Shown here piece by piece: positions 26,464 through 34,281 of a DNA stretch of 64,000 nucleotides. Below the pieces are notes generated by a model. It searched no databases. It worked only from the letters and a program-made list of their open reading frames with translations, and was not told the DNA's origin. The stretch spans positions 85,606 to 149,605 of the forward strand of contig JAPPMP010000024.1 of NCBI GenBank assembly GCA_028819005.1, given 5' to 3'. The position numbers and the translations under genes were made by a program. The DNA comes from Acidimicrobiaceae bacterium (GTDB taxonomy: Bacteria; Actinomycetota; Acidimicrobiia; Acidimicrobiales; Aldehydirespiratoraceae). How positions within the stretch are numbered: position 1 is the stretch's first letter; every line of letters starts with the position of its first letter.

Positions 26464-27432
26464 ATGGCCGTTACCGAAGTTGAAGTCGAAGCTGGAACCA
26501 GCGATCCCGCCGGCAACGTCACTCCCGGCCGGGTTCGCATCGATCGTTTCGATGTGACGCTGGGACCTTTGCTGCACCTGGCGCCCGAACGCCGGCGCCT
26601 CGCGAGCCCCGCGTTCAACGAGATCGAGGTCATCCCTCGGGGAGCGACCCTCGGGGCGGAGATCCGCGGCGCCGATATCTCATCTGAGCTGCCCGACTCG
26701 ACGATCTCCGAAATCGCCCGGGCGCTGGCCGATTACAAGGTCGTCTACTTTCGCGATCAGCCCCTCACCTCGGCCCGGCATGTGGCCTTCGCCAAGCGTT
26801 TCGGAGAACTGGAGATCCACCCGTTCATCACCGGCAACGAACAGCACCCCGAACTGGTGCGCTTCGAGAAAGGGGCTGACACGGGCGGGTTCGAGAACGG
26901 GTGGCACCATGACGTGACCTGGCGGGAGATTCCGTCTATGGGAGCGATCCTTCATGCCATCGAGGTTCCCCCCACCGGTGGTGACACCCTCTTTGCCGAT
27001 ATGGGAGCGGCGTACGACGGGTTGGACGATGAGACCAAGGAACGGATCGACGGCCTCCACGCGATCCACGACTACATGCTCGCTTTCGCCCAGCAGGCGC
27101 CGGAAGGCAAGCAGGAAGAGATGCGCGAACGCTACCCGCTGGTACGTCATCCAGTGGTGCGCACCCACCCCGTGACCGGGCGCAAACTGATCTTCGTCAA
27201 CACCTACTTCACCTCCCACATCGAGGGTCTCGACCCCCTTGAGAGTGTGGAGTTGATCAAGCAGTTGTCGAGCCAGGCCAACACGATCGAATACCAGTTC
27301 CGGCTGAACTGGGAGCCTGACACGGTCGTCTTCTGGGACAACGCCGCTGTGCAGCACTATGCGTCGAGCGACTACTACCCCGACATTCGGGTGATGGAGC
27401 GTGCGTCGGTGGTCGGGACCCGGCCCTTCTAG
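26464..27432 (+). CDS. TauD/TfdA family Fe(II)/2-oxoglutarate-dependent dioxygenase
   Basis: ORF 26413..27432 (TTG) trimmed to ATG 26464. HxD motif GWHHDVTW, and GGDTLFADM. Confidence 0.85.
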   Translation: MAVTEVEVEAGTSDPAGNVTPGRVRIDRFDVTLGPLLHLAPERRRLASPAFNEIEVIPRGATLGAEIRGADISSELPDSTISEIARALADYKVVYFRDQPLTSARHVAFAKRFGELEIHPFITGNEQHPELVRFEKGADTGGFENGWHHDVTWREIPSMGAILHAIEVPPTGGDTLFADMGAAYDGLDDETKERIDGLHAIHDYMLAFAQQAPEGKQEEMRERYPLVRHPVVRTHPVTGRKLIFVNTYFTSHIEGLDPLESVELIKQLSSQANTIEYQFRLNWEPDTVVFWDNAAVQHYASSDYYPDIRVMERASVVGTRPF

Positions 27433-27457
27433 CATCACAACGTCTCCGTCGTCGGCC

Positions 27458-28129
27458 ATGGCACCCACCACCGACTGGAATCCGGTTCTCCGCAAGGAGT
27501 TCGACAAGCCGTACTGGCGCGAACTCATGGCCTTCGTGCGCCAGGAGCGCATGAGCGGTGACGTCTACCCGCCCCATGAAGAGGTGTTCGCCGCGCTTCA
27601 CTTGACCCCCTTGGCCGATGTGAAGGTGCTGATCCTCGGTCAGGACCCCTACCACGGAGCGCACCAGGCCCATGGGCTCTGCTTCTCGGTGAGGCACGGG
27701 ATTCAGGCGCCCCCGTCGCTTGTCAACATCTTCGCTGAGTTGGAGCAGGACCTCGGAATCGAAGCGCCACGCCACGGAAATCTCGAGTCTTGGGCCCGCA
27801 ACGGAGTGCTTCTGCTCAACACGACCCTCACCGTGCGGGCTCATCGGGCCGCCAGCCACCAGGGTCGCGGCTGGGAGACGTTCACCGACGAGGTGATCCG
27901 CTGCGTGGATGCGAAGGAGCAAAGGGTCGTGTTCATCCTCTGGGGCGCCGCTGCCCGCAAGAAGCGCTCGTTGATCGACACCGGCAAGCATGTCATCGTC
28001 GAGTCTGTCCATCCCTCGCCGCTCTCAGCGCACAACGGCTTCTTTGGCACAAGACCGTTCAGCCGAGCCAACGCGGCGCTCATCGAAGCAGGCCGCGAGC
28101 CAGTCGACTGGAGCATCGAAAATGCGTGA
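27458..28129 (+). CDS. ung: Uracil-DNA glycosylase (family 1)
   Basis: ORF 27401.. trimmed to ATG 27458, downstream of the TauD stop. Motifs GQDPYHG and HPSPLSA. Confidence 0.9.
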   Translation: MAPTTDWNPVLRKEFDKPYWRELMAFVRQERMSGDVYPPHEEVFAALHLTPLADVKVLILGQDPYHGAHQAHGLCFSVRHGIQAPPSLVNIFAELEQDLGIEAPRHGNLESWARNGVLLLNTTLTVRAHRAASHQGRGWETFTDEVIRCVDAKEQRVVFILWGAAARKKRSLIDTGKHVIVESVHPSPLSAHNGFFGTRPFSRANAALIEAGREPVDWSIENA

Positions 28130-28153
28130 GTCCCGACCCGGTCTGGTGCTGAC

Positions 28154-29137
28154 TCAGAAGTACCAGGGGAAGCTTGACCAATCGGGGTCGCGCTTTTCGA
28201 GGAAGGCGTCGCGCCCCTCGACGGCCTCGTCGGTCATATAGGCGAGTCGGGTCGCCTCGCCCGCGAACACTTGCTGGCCAACGAGCCCGTCGTCGATCAG
28301 GTTCATGGCGAACTTGGCCATTCGCTGCGCGGTCGGGCTCTTGGAATTGATCTCGGCAGCCCATTCGAGAGCTGCCGCTTCGAGGTCGGTGTGGGGAACG
28401 ACCGCGTTGACCATCCCCATTTCAAAGGCTTGCTGAGCCGAATAGTCGCGACCGAGGAAGAAGATCTCGCGAGCTCGTTTCTGACCGACCTGACGAGCCA
28501 GATACGCAGAACCGAAGCCTCCGTCGAAGCTGGCCACATCGGTGTCGGTCTGCTTGAAGATGGCGAATTCTTGGCTCGCGAGGGTGAGATCCGCAGTGAC
28601 ATGCAGGCTGTGCCCTCCGCCGACCGCCCATCCGCAGACAACCGCGACAACGATCTTCGGCATCGTGCGGATCAGTCGTTGGACCTCAAGAATGTGCAAA
28701 CGCCCCGCTCGACTCGCATCGACCGTCTCTGCCGTTTCCCCCTGCGCATATTGATAGCCCGCCTTGCCGCGGATGCGCTGATCACCTCCCGAACAAAAAG
28801 CCCAGCCGCCGTCCTTCGGCGAAGGGCCGTTGCCGGTGAGCAGCACGCATCCGACGTCGGTGGACATGCGCGCGTGATCCAGACAGCGATACAGCTCATC
28901 AACGGTGTGAGGCCGAAAGGCGTTGCGCACCTCCGGCCGGTTGAAGGCGATCCTCACCGTTCCCTGCGCCTTGGCACGGTGATAGGTGAGGTCGGTCAAG
29001 GTCTCGAAACCCGCGACTGGACTCCAGGCTTCAGGGTCGAAGATCTCCGACACTGCCGCTCCGTCCGAAGCTGCGCCGTCTGAAGCTGCACTGTCTGAAG
29101 CTGCACTGTCAGGTGCTGAATTGTCCGAAACCATCAC
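28154..29137 (-). CDS. menB: 1,4-dihydroxy-2-naphthoyl-CoA synthase
   Basis: 327 aa. ...RIAFNRPEVRNAFRP...GGWAFCSGGDQRIRG... crotonase fold. N-terminal extension with 4x SAASD-type repeats. Start is GTG 29137 or ATG 29134. Confidence 0.92.
   Translation of the reverse strand: MMVSDNSAPDSAASDSAASDGAASDGAAVSEIFDPEAWSPVAGFETLTDLTYHRAKAQGTVRIAFNRPEVRNAFRPHTVDELYRCLDHARMSTDVGCVLLTGNGPSPKDGGWAFCSGGDQRIRGKAGYQYAQGETAETVDASRAGRLHILEVQRLIRTMPKIVVAVVCGWAVGGGHSLHVTADLTLASQEFAIFKQTDTDVASFDGGFGSAYLARQVGQKRAREIFFLGRDYSAQQAFEMGMVNAVVPHTDLEAAALEWAAEINSKSPTAQRMAKFAMNLIDDGLVGQQVFAGEATRLAYMTDEAVEGRDAFLEKRDPDWSSFPWYF
29063..29122. repeat. 15-bp x 4 in-frame repeat encoding the SAASD units of the MenB N-terminal extension
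   Basis: gtc[c/t]gaagctgc[g/a]c[c/t] units read directly. Confidence 0.85.
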
Positions 29138-29369
29138 TGCCTTCCCGAGCTCGCCCGTGCCATCCGGGCGTCAAGTCGTTCTATCCATACTGACGCCGAG
29201 TCTGCGCCGCGTCCGTCCTGATCTCCAAGGTCAAGCAGGTCGACTGAAGCCATACGAGCCAACAGAAGCAACAATTGCTCCGTGCAGTGGGCTTGGAGAT
29301 CCTCCAGCGGATAGCCCGATACGCCGGCGGGCTCCAACGCCCTGTGGTACCGGGCCAACATGGCAACAG

Positions 29370-29482
29370 CCTCAAGAGCTTCGCCTGCTCGGTCGAGGTC
29401 GCATCCGGCGAGGTCTCCCTCGGACACGACCGACCCCTCCACGCGCCTCAAGAGCTTCGCCTGCTCGGTGGAGGTCGCATCC
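29370..29482. repeat. Two 37-nt direct repeats, 76 nt apart, in the long menB upstream spacer
   Basis: cctcaagagcttcgcctgctcggt[c/g]gaggtcgcatcc at 29370-29406 and 29446-29482. Confidence 0.9.
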
Positions 29483-29565
29483 CTGCACCTGATCACCGGC
29501 TTCCGCTGGCGACAGATCCTCCATGATCAAGATGCTTGGAAAGGTCTTCGCTTTGTTGAAGCGGA

Positions 29566-30474
29566 TCAGGAACCACCAGTCGGAGGTAATCTCGTCGAGT
29601 GTCGTCGGAATCTGCAGTGCCACGCTGCAACGCTAGTGCCAAGTCGTTCGATCGGCAGCAGCGGTGCCAGAGCTATGCCGAGCAGGTGATAGGGAAAGAC
29701 GATCACCATCACTGCGAGGATCGCGAAATGAAACAACACGGCCATACCGGTCCAGATCCACGCGGCTCGGCGGCCGACAAGGGCCAGCGGCGCAGCGAGC
29801 TCGACAGCTATGGCGGCGACCGCCGCCGGGGCGAGCGTCCAGGAATTGCGCAGCATCAGCGCTCCGAACGGAGCCGTCGGATCGCCGAGCAGTTCTTTTC
29901 GGGCGTTGTCGAAGGCAATCTGATGACGCAGCACATCACCGTCGATCCACCCGAGACCGCTGATTCTCAGTTTCGCGGCGCCCGCCACGAAATAGGCGCC
30001 GACCGTAAGCACCGACAGTGCTTTGACCACAGCGCTGCTCAGCACCTCATGGTCTGCGGAGGTCTCGGATTTGTGCAAGGGCCACTCGGACTTCTCCGTC
30101 GACCAACGGGCCACGGCCGCCGGGACCACGGCTAGAACCCCCATATGCAGCGCTACCAGGTTCTCGGTATGGAAGATCTGCCCCCAAGAGTTCCGATAGG
30201 TGGTGAGGAAGAGAAATCCGACTACAGCGCCCAACGAAGACAAGCGATATCGCCGGCCCAACGCAGCGGCACCACAGGCGATCGGGGTCAACACCGCCGC
30301 GGCGATTATCGCGAGCGCCGGCGCGGGTTCGCCGAGCCACCACAAGGGGCCGATCCCGTCAAAGCGGCGCGGCGCCAAGTCGATGGTGTCCAGCAGATGC
30401 GGAGTCCGCGCGATCGTCCATACGGCGGCGTAGCCGAAGACGAGAATACGCAGCATCGCCAGACGCTGCGTCAC
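29566..30474 (-). CDS. Polytopic membrane protein, HTTM (vitamin K-dependent gamma-carboxylase-like) domain candidate
   Basis: ORF 29566..30489 (TTG). GTG 30474 overlaps the upstream gene's TGA (GTGA). The N-terminus RLAMLRILVFGYAAVW... and 7-8 TM helices resemble HTTM proteins. This is a family call by eye only. Confidence 0.45.
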   Translation of the reverse strand: MTQRLAMLRILVFGYAAVWTIARTPHLLDTIDLAPRRFDGIGPLWWLGEPAPALAIIAAAVLTPIACGAAALGRRYRLSSLGAVVGFLFLTTYRNSWGQIFHTENLVALHMGVLAVVPAAVARWSTEKSEWPLHKSETSADHEVLSSAVVKALSVLTVGAYFVAGAAKLRISGLGWIDGDVLRHQIAFDNARKELLGDPTAPFGALMLRNSWTLAPAAVAAIAVELAAPLALVGRRAAWIWTGMAVLFHFAILAVMVIVFPYHLLGIALAPLLPIERLGTSVAAWHCRFRRHSTRLPPTGGS

Positions 30475-30887
30475 GGTCCGCTCCCGCAACGGGCGTGCGC
30501 CGTCACCGTGGAGTCGACCGAACCCTCGACGCTGAGCTCAACGACGTCGAGCGTCTCGGTGCGCACTTCAATCTGTCGACCGGCGCCTATGCGTTCAAGG
30601 ATCTCCTCGCAGAGGACGTCCGCCTCTCCGAGGCGCACTGCCCGGGTGACGGTCACCGACGCGAGCACCGCTTCATCGGTCCCAGCGATCAATTTCGGGG
30701 ACAAGCGCACAAATCCGCCGTCGGTTCGCTCTACCGCAGTTGCAATAGTGTGCACGTTCCCGCGATCGGTGGCGAACATCGGGTACGTCGACAGTGGGTA
30801 GGTGTCGCTAGTCGGATCGCGCAACAACGGCGACAGGACCAGCAGCGCGGCGAAGACAGGCAGAAGTCGGATCGTCCATCCTCGCAT
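30471..30887 (-). CDS. Hypothetical N-terminally anchored/secreted protein, translationally coupled to the HTTM-like gene
   Basis: ORF 30471..31025 trimmed to ATG 30887: MRGWTIRLLPVFAALLVLSPLL... (signal/anchor), 138 aa. Confidence 0.5.
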   Translation of the reverse strand: MRGWTIRLLPVFAALLVLSPLLRDPTSDTYPLSTYPMFATDRGNVHTIATAVERTDGGFVRLSPKLIAGTDEAVLASVTVTRAVRLGEADVLCEEILERIGAGRQIEVRTETLDVVELSVEGSVDSTVTAHARCGSGP

Positions 30888-30947
30888 GGCCCAATCGTAG
30901 GGTCGGTCCGAGCCTCTGTCCGTGCAGCTACCGAACTCACAGTCATT

Positions 30948-31023
30948 CCCGCTCCTGTCCGCTGCGCTCCATCTCCCGCTCCTGTTCGCTGCGCTCACCG
31001 GGCCGCTCGGGCCACGGTCTCGC
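30948..31023 (+). repeat. Dispersed ~49-nt GC-rich element, copy 2, preceded by a 23-nt half copy
   Basis: cccgctcctgtccgctgcgctcc (30948-30970), then cccgctcctgttcgctgcgctcaccgggccgctcgggccacggtctcgc (30975-31023). It lies 52 nt upstream of GTG 31076. Confidence 0.85.
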
Positions 31024-31075
31024 ACCGTGAGGGCCGCATCGTCTCGCCAATTCGCTCCTCCTCTATCGTGGCGGG

Positions 31076-32269
31076 GTGTCGCCGGTCAGAACCAGAGTCC
31101 TTCGTGGGGCCGTGGCCTGGATCCTCATATTTGCTGTGGTAGGACTCGTGGTCCACCCCGAGAACTGCGGAACGCCGACATCAGCGGAAGTGAACGACGC
31201 CGCTGCCGAGGCGGTTTCGTGGTTCGGCGCCAACATTGGCGACGACGGCACTTTCGTGTATCGCTACGACCGCGCCGAGGGTGAACCTCTCGGCGGTTAC
31301 AACGACGTCCGTCATGCCGGGGTCCTGTTGTCGCTGTACCAAGCAGAATCTGCCGGGATTGAAGGCGCGGCAGCGATTGCTGATCGAGGACTCGCCTACG
31401 TGGAAGAGCACTTGCAGCCCACCCCCATAGGCATCGTGTTCGGACGGGGCCCAACGGTGAGAAGCGGTTCCATCGGTCTTCTGGTGGCTGCGTTGGACGA
31501 GCGGCGCGGGGCGCTGGGAACAGACGATCGTGACGCTCTGCTGCTCGAGCTCGGACGCACCTTGAGCGCAGTCGTCGAACCCGGAGGCGCCGTCGGCGCG
31601 TCGATCGACACGAAAACCGGATCAACCAGCGGACGATCCCCATTCTTCACCGGTGAGGTGCTCTGGGCGCTGGCAAGGCTCCACCTGACCTTCCCCAACC
31701 GAGAATTCGACGAATCAGCCTTGCGTGTCTATCGATATCTCATCGAGGACCGCGACCGAGTCGAGTCTCCATGGCCGCCGGTCTCGGACCACTGGGGTGC
31801 CTATGCGCTCGAAACGATGAGTCGCTGGCCGAACGCCGACAGCCTGAGGCTCGGACCTGACCTTGAGCTTGACGGCACAGCGACGAGCGATTGGCTGAGA
31901 CGGCAACTCAACCTGTTCGGACTGCAAGTTCGCTATGAGTCACAGCGCCAGGGAGGGTTGACGCACTTCACTAGGGGCACTGTTGCGCTTCCGGCAGGTG
32001 TAGGCACGCTCGGCGAAGGCATCGGCAACTACCTCCAATTCTTGAATCGTTTTCCAGAAGTCGACGTCGACGTCGACTCGCTCAATGATCGGGCACGCTG
32101 CGTTGCGCACCTGCTGGTCCAACGTCAGACGAGCGCTTCACAAGCACAAGAGCACCGCGCCCCCCTCAGATTGCAAGGTGCTTGGTTCCGCGAAGACGTC
32201 ACCCAAATGGACGATCAGCAACATGCCCTCTCCGCACTGTTGCTCCTGAAAGACTGGATGCCCAAATGA
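31076..32269 (+). CDS. Hypothetical membrane-anchored protein, helical-repeat (alpha/alpha-toroid-like) appearance
   Basis: 397 aa, GTG start. N-terminal TM AVAWILIFAVVGLVV. Repeated helical segments: YNDVRHAGVLLSLYQA, FFTGEVLWALARLH, QGAWF..TQMDDQQHALSALL. No family recognised with confidence. Confidence 0.55.
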   Translation: MSPVRTRVLRGAVAWILIFAVVGLVVHPENCGTPTSAEVNDAAAEAVSWFGANIGDDGTFVYRYDRAEGEPLGGYNDVRHAGVLLSLYQAESAGIEGAAAIADRGLAYVEEHLQPTPIGIVFGRGPTVRSGSIGLLVAALDERRGALGTDDRDALLLELGRTLSAVVEPGGAVGASIDTKTGSTSGRSPFFTGEVLWALARLHLTFPNREFDESALRVYRYLIEDRDRVESPWPPVSDHWGAYALETMSRWPNADSLRLGPDLELDGTATSDWLRRQLNLFGLQVRYESQRQGGLTHFTRGTVALPAGVGTLGEGIGNYLQFLNRFPEVDVDVDSLNDRARCVAHLLVQRQTSASQAQEHRAPLRLQGAWFREDVTQMDDQQHALSALLLLKDWMPK

Positions 32270-32799
32270 GCCCAACTCTGATCGCGCTGGCAGCGATATG
32301 TGCTGCCAATCCCTTCCGTATCGCGGCTTGCGCTCCAGCTTCGGTTGACACTCGGCGTAAGGCAGTGGTTGTCGCCACCGCTTCCACATTGCTTGCGGTT
32401 GGCCTGTTTGCACTGCTGAGCGATCCAATCCTGGACCTCCTCAACGTGAGTGGATCCTCGTCTCGGATCGCCGCGGGCGTGGCCGTTCTGGTCGTCGGCG
32501 TCCGCGATCTGTTCGTCCAGCCGCCATCACCAGAACCGGCGCTGACTGGGTGGCGGGCCGGGATAATGCCGATGGCCTTCCCGACTCTGTTCACGCCGGC
32601 ACTTGCCATCCTGACAATATCGGCCGGCTCGGTGCGAGGGGCCGGTACAGCATTGGGAATAATTGGCGGCGCGATCTTGTTGGTCGTTTTGCTCGTTGTC
32701 GCGAATGTCCGCGGAACATACTGGCGCGCCGCCACAGTAGGAAGTGCCGGAGTGGTCTTCGGCACGCTGCTGACCCTCAACGGAGTGACCGCCATCTAA
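32266..32799 (+). CDS. Small polytopic membrane protein, MarC/UPF0056-like
   Basis: ORF 32182.. trimmed to ATG 32266, which overlaps the upstream stop (ATGA). 177 aa. ..LLSDPILDLLNVSGSSSRIAAGVAVLVVGV.. resembles the MarC family core. Confidence 0.45.
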   Translation: MSPTLIALAAICAANPFRIAACAPASVDTRRKAVVVATASTLLAVGLFALLSDPILDLLNVSGSSSRIAAGVAVLVVGVRDLFVQPPSPEPALTGWRAGIMPMAFPTLFTPALAILTISAGSVRGAGTALGIIGGAILLVVLLVVANVRGTYWRAATVGSAGVVFGTLLTLNGVTAI

Positions 32800-32817
32800 A
32801 CGATTCCGCCCCTGCCT

Positions 32818-32951
32818 CGCGCCCAACACGGCTCCGGCCACACCCGGCGCAACTCCCATCGCGCCCAACACGGCTCCGGCCACACCCAGTGCAACTCCCA
32901 TCGCGGCACGGAAGTGGTGGTGCACGCAGAGGGCGCAACTGGAGCCGCCGG
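32818..32951. repeat. 42-bp x 2 tandem repeat plus a nearby copy of the GGGCGCAAC(C/T)GGAGCCGC core
   Basis: Units cgcgcccaacacggctccggccacaccc[g/a]g[c/t]gcaactcccat at 32818 and 32860. Core copy at 32931-32951. It lies between the MarC-like gene and adh. Confidence 0.88.
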
Positions 32952-33017
32952 AGGTGATTGAGCGTCCGCGCCGCGGCGATGGCGCAACGGCCGCAGCGCG
33001 TCACTAATGTCACGGCC

Positions 33018-34118
33018 ATGCGAGCTGCATTGTTGAGCGCCGGAAAATCTCCCCTTGAAATCGTTGAGGACGTCGATATCGAGGAGCCTCGACCGGACGA
33101 GGTGCTGATCAAGGTCTCCAACAGCGGAATCTGCCACAGCGACACGACCGTGCAGGACGGGGGATACTCCGTTCCGACGATTCTCGGACATGAGGCCAGC
33201 GGTGTGGTCGAGATGCTCGGATCAGGAGTCACGCATCTCGCCGTGGGCGACCATGTCGTTTTGACTCCCTTGGCGCCATGCGGCCATTGCGCCGCCTGTG
33301 CCCGGCACGAAGCTGCCGAATGCCCTGAAGCGCTGTCGTTCGCGACCAATGCCCGGCCCGACGGCAGCACGCCGTTCAGCCGCCAGGGGACGCCGGTGTG
33401 GCGGGGGCTGGGGGTCGGAGCGTTCGCCGAATTCACGGTCGTGCCCGCTTCTGGCGCTGTGCGGATTGATCCCGACATTCCCCTTGACGTCGCCTGCGTG
33501 ATCGGTTGCGCGATGCAGACCGGGGTCGGCGCTGTGTTCAACACCGCAAAGGTCGAGCGGGGGGCGACCGTGGTTGTCATGGGCCTCGGCGGGATAGGCC
33601 AGGCCATCGTGAGCGGCGCTGCTGTTGCGGGTGCGAGTCGAATAATCGCATCTGATCCAGCCGAAGGGCGACGTGATGCCGCTTCGAGCTTCGGCGCGAC
33701 CGACCTCGTCGACCCCGCGGCGGTCGACTTGGTGAGCACGGTCATGGACCTGACGGGCGGCAGCGGCGCCGACTATGCCTTCGACGCCGTCGGCAGCGCG
33801 GCATTGGTCGAGCAGGGCGTCAACAGCACCCGCGTCGGGGGCACGACGGTGATGGTGGGCGCCTCGCCGATCGAGGAGAACGTGACGATCAACGCCGCGG
33901 TGCTGTTCATGACCATGCAGAAGAAGCTGCTGGGATGCCTCCTCGGCTCCTGCTGGCCGGCTCGCGACATTCCGTTGATGCTCGACCTTTGGAGGAGTGG
34001 TCGCCTCGATCTGGAGCGGATGGTCAGCCATCGCCTGCCGCTGAGCGACGTCAACCAGGGGATCGCCAAGCTCCACGCGGCCGACGGCATCCGCACTGTG
34101 CTGGACGTCGCCGATTGA
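33018..34118 (+). CDS. Zinc-dependent alcohol dehydrogenase (class III / mycothiol-dependent formaldehyde dehydrogenase-like)
   Basis: ORF 32958.. trimmed to ATG 33018. GICHSD, GHEASGVV, Cys-rich structural-Zn loop CGHCAAC, NAD fold VMGLGGIG. Confidence 0.88.
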   Translation: MRAALLSAGKSPLEIVEDVDIEEPRPDEVLIKVSNSGICHSDTTVQDGGYSVPTILGHEASGVVEMLGSGVTHLAVGDHVVLTPLAPCGHCAACARHEAAECPEALSFATNARPDGSTPFSRQGTPVWRGLGVGAFAEFTVVPASGAVRIDPDIPLDVACVIGCAMQTGVGAVFNTAKVERGATVVVMGLGGIGQAIVSGAAVAGASRIIASDPAEGRRDAASSFGATDLVDPAAVDLVSTVMDLTGGSGADYAFDAVGSAALVEQGVNSTRVGGTTVMVGASPIEENVTINAAVLFMTMQKKLLGCLLGSCWPARDIPLMLDLWRSGRLDLERMVSHRLPLSDVNQGIAKLHAADGIRTVLDVAD

Positions 34119-34281
34119 CCTCTGTGCCGGACATAGCCGACTGAGCGGCGCCAACTGTCGCCGCCGACCAACCGGAGCCGACGAGCCAGTGCCGGCTCGG
34201 CACACAAGTCGGTAGCGTGTCTCGGTCACCTCGAGGCCCCGTAGCCTTCGAGGCGCTTCTCAAAAACGAACAGGAGAATCC

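Noticed and set aside
29134-29496. 120-aa minus-strand ORF as a gene coupled to menB
   Set aside because: It reads two copies of a 37-nt direct repeat in different frames. It shows no third-position GC bias in my hand count, and I recognise no family. It is kept only as a finding about the spacer.
32527-32925. Minus-strand ORF with a glycine-zipper-like N-terminus (MGVALGVAGAVLGA x 2)
   Set aside because: The Gly-rich part is simply the 42-bp repeat translated. The rest of the ORF is antisense to the well-supported membrane gene 32266..32799.
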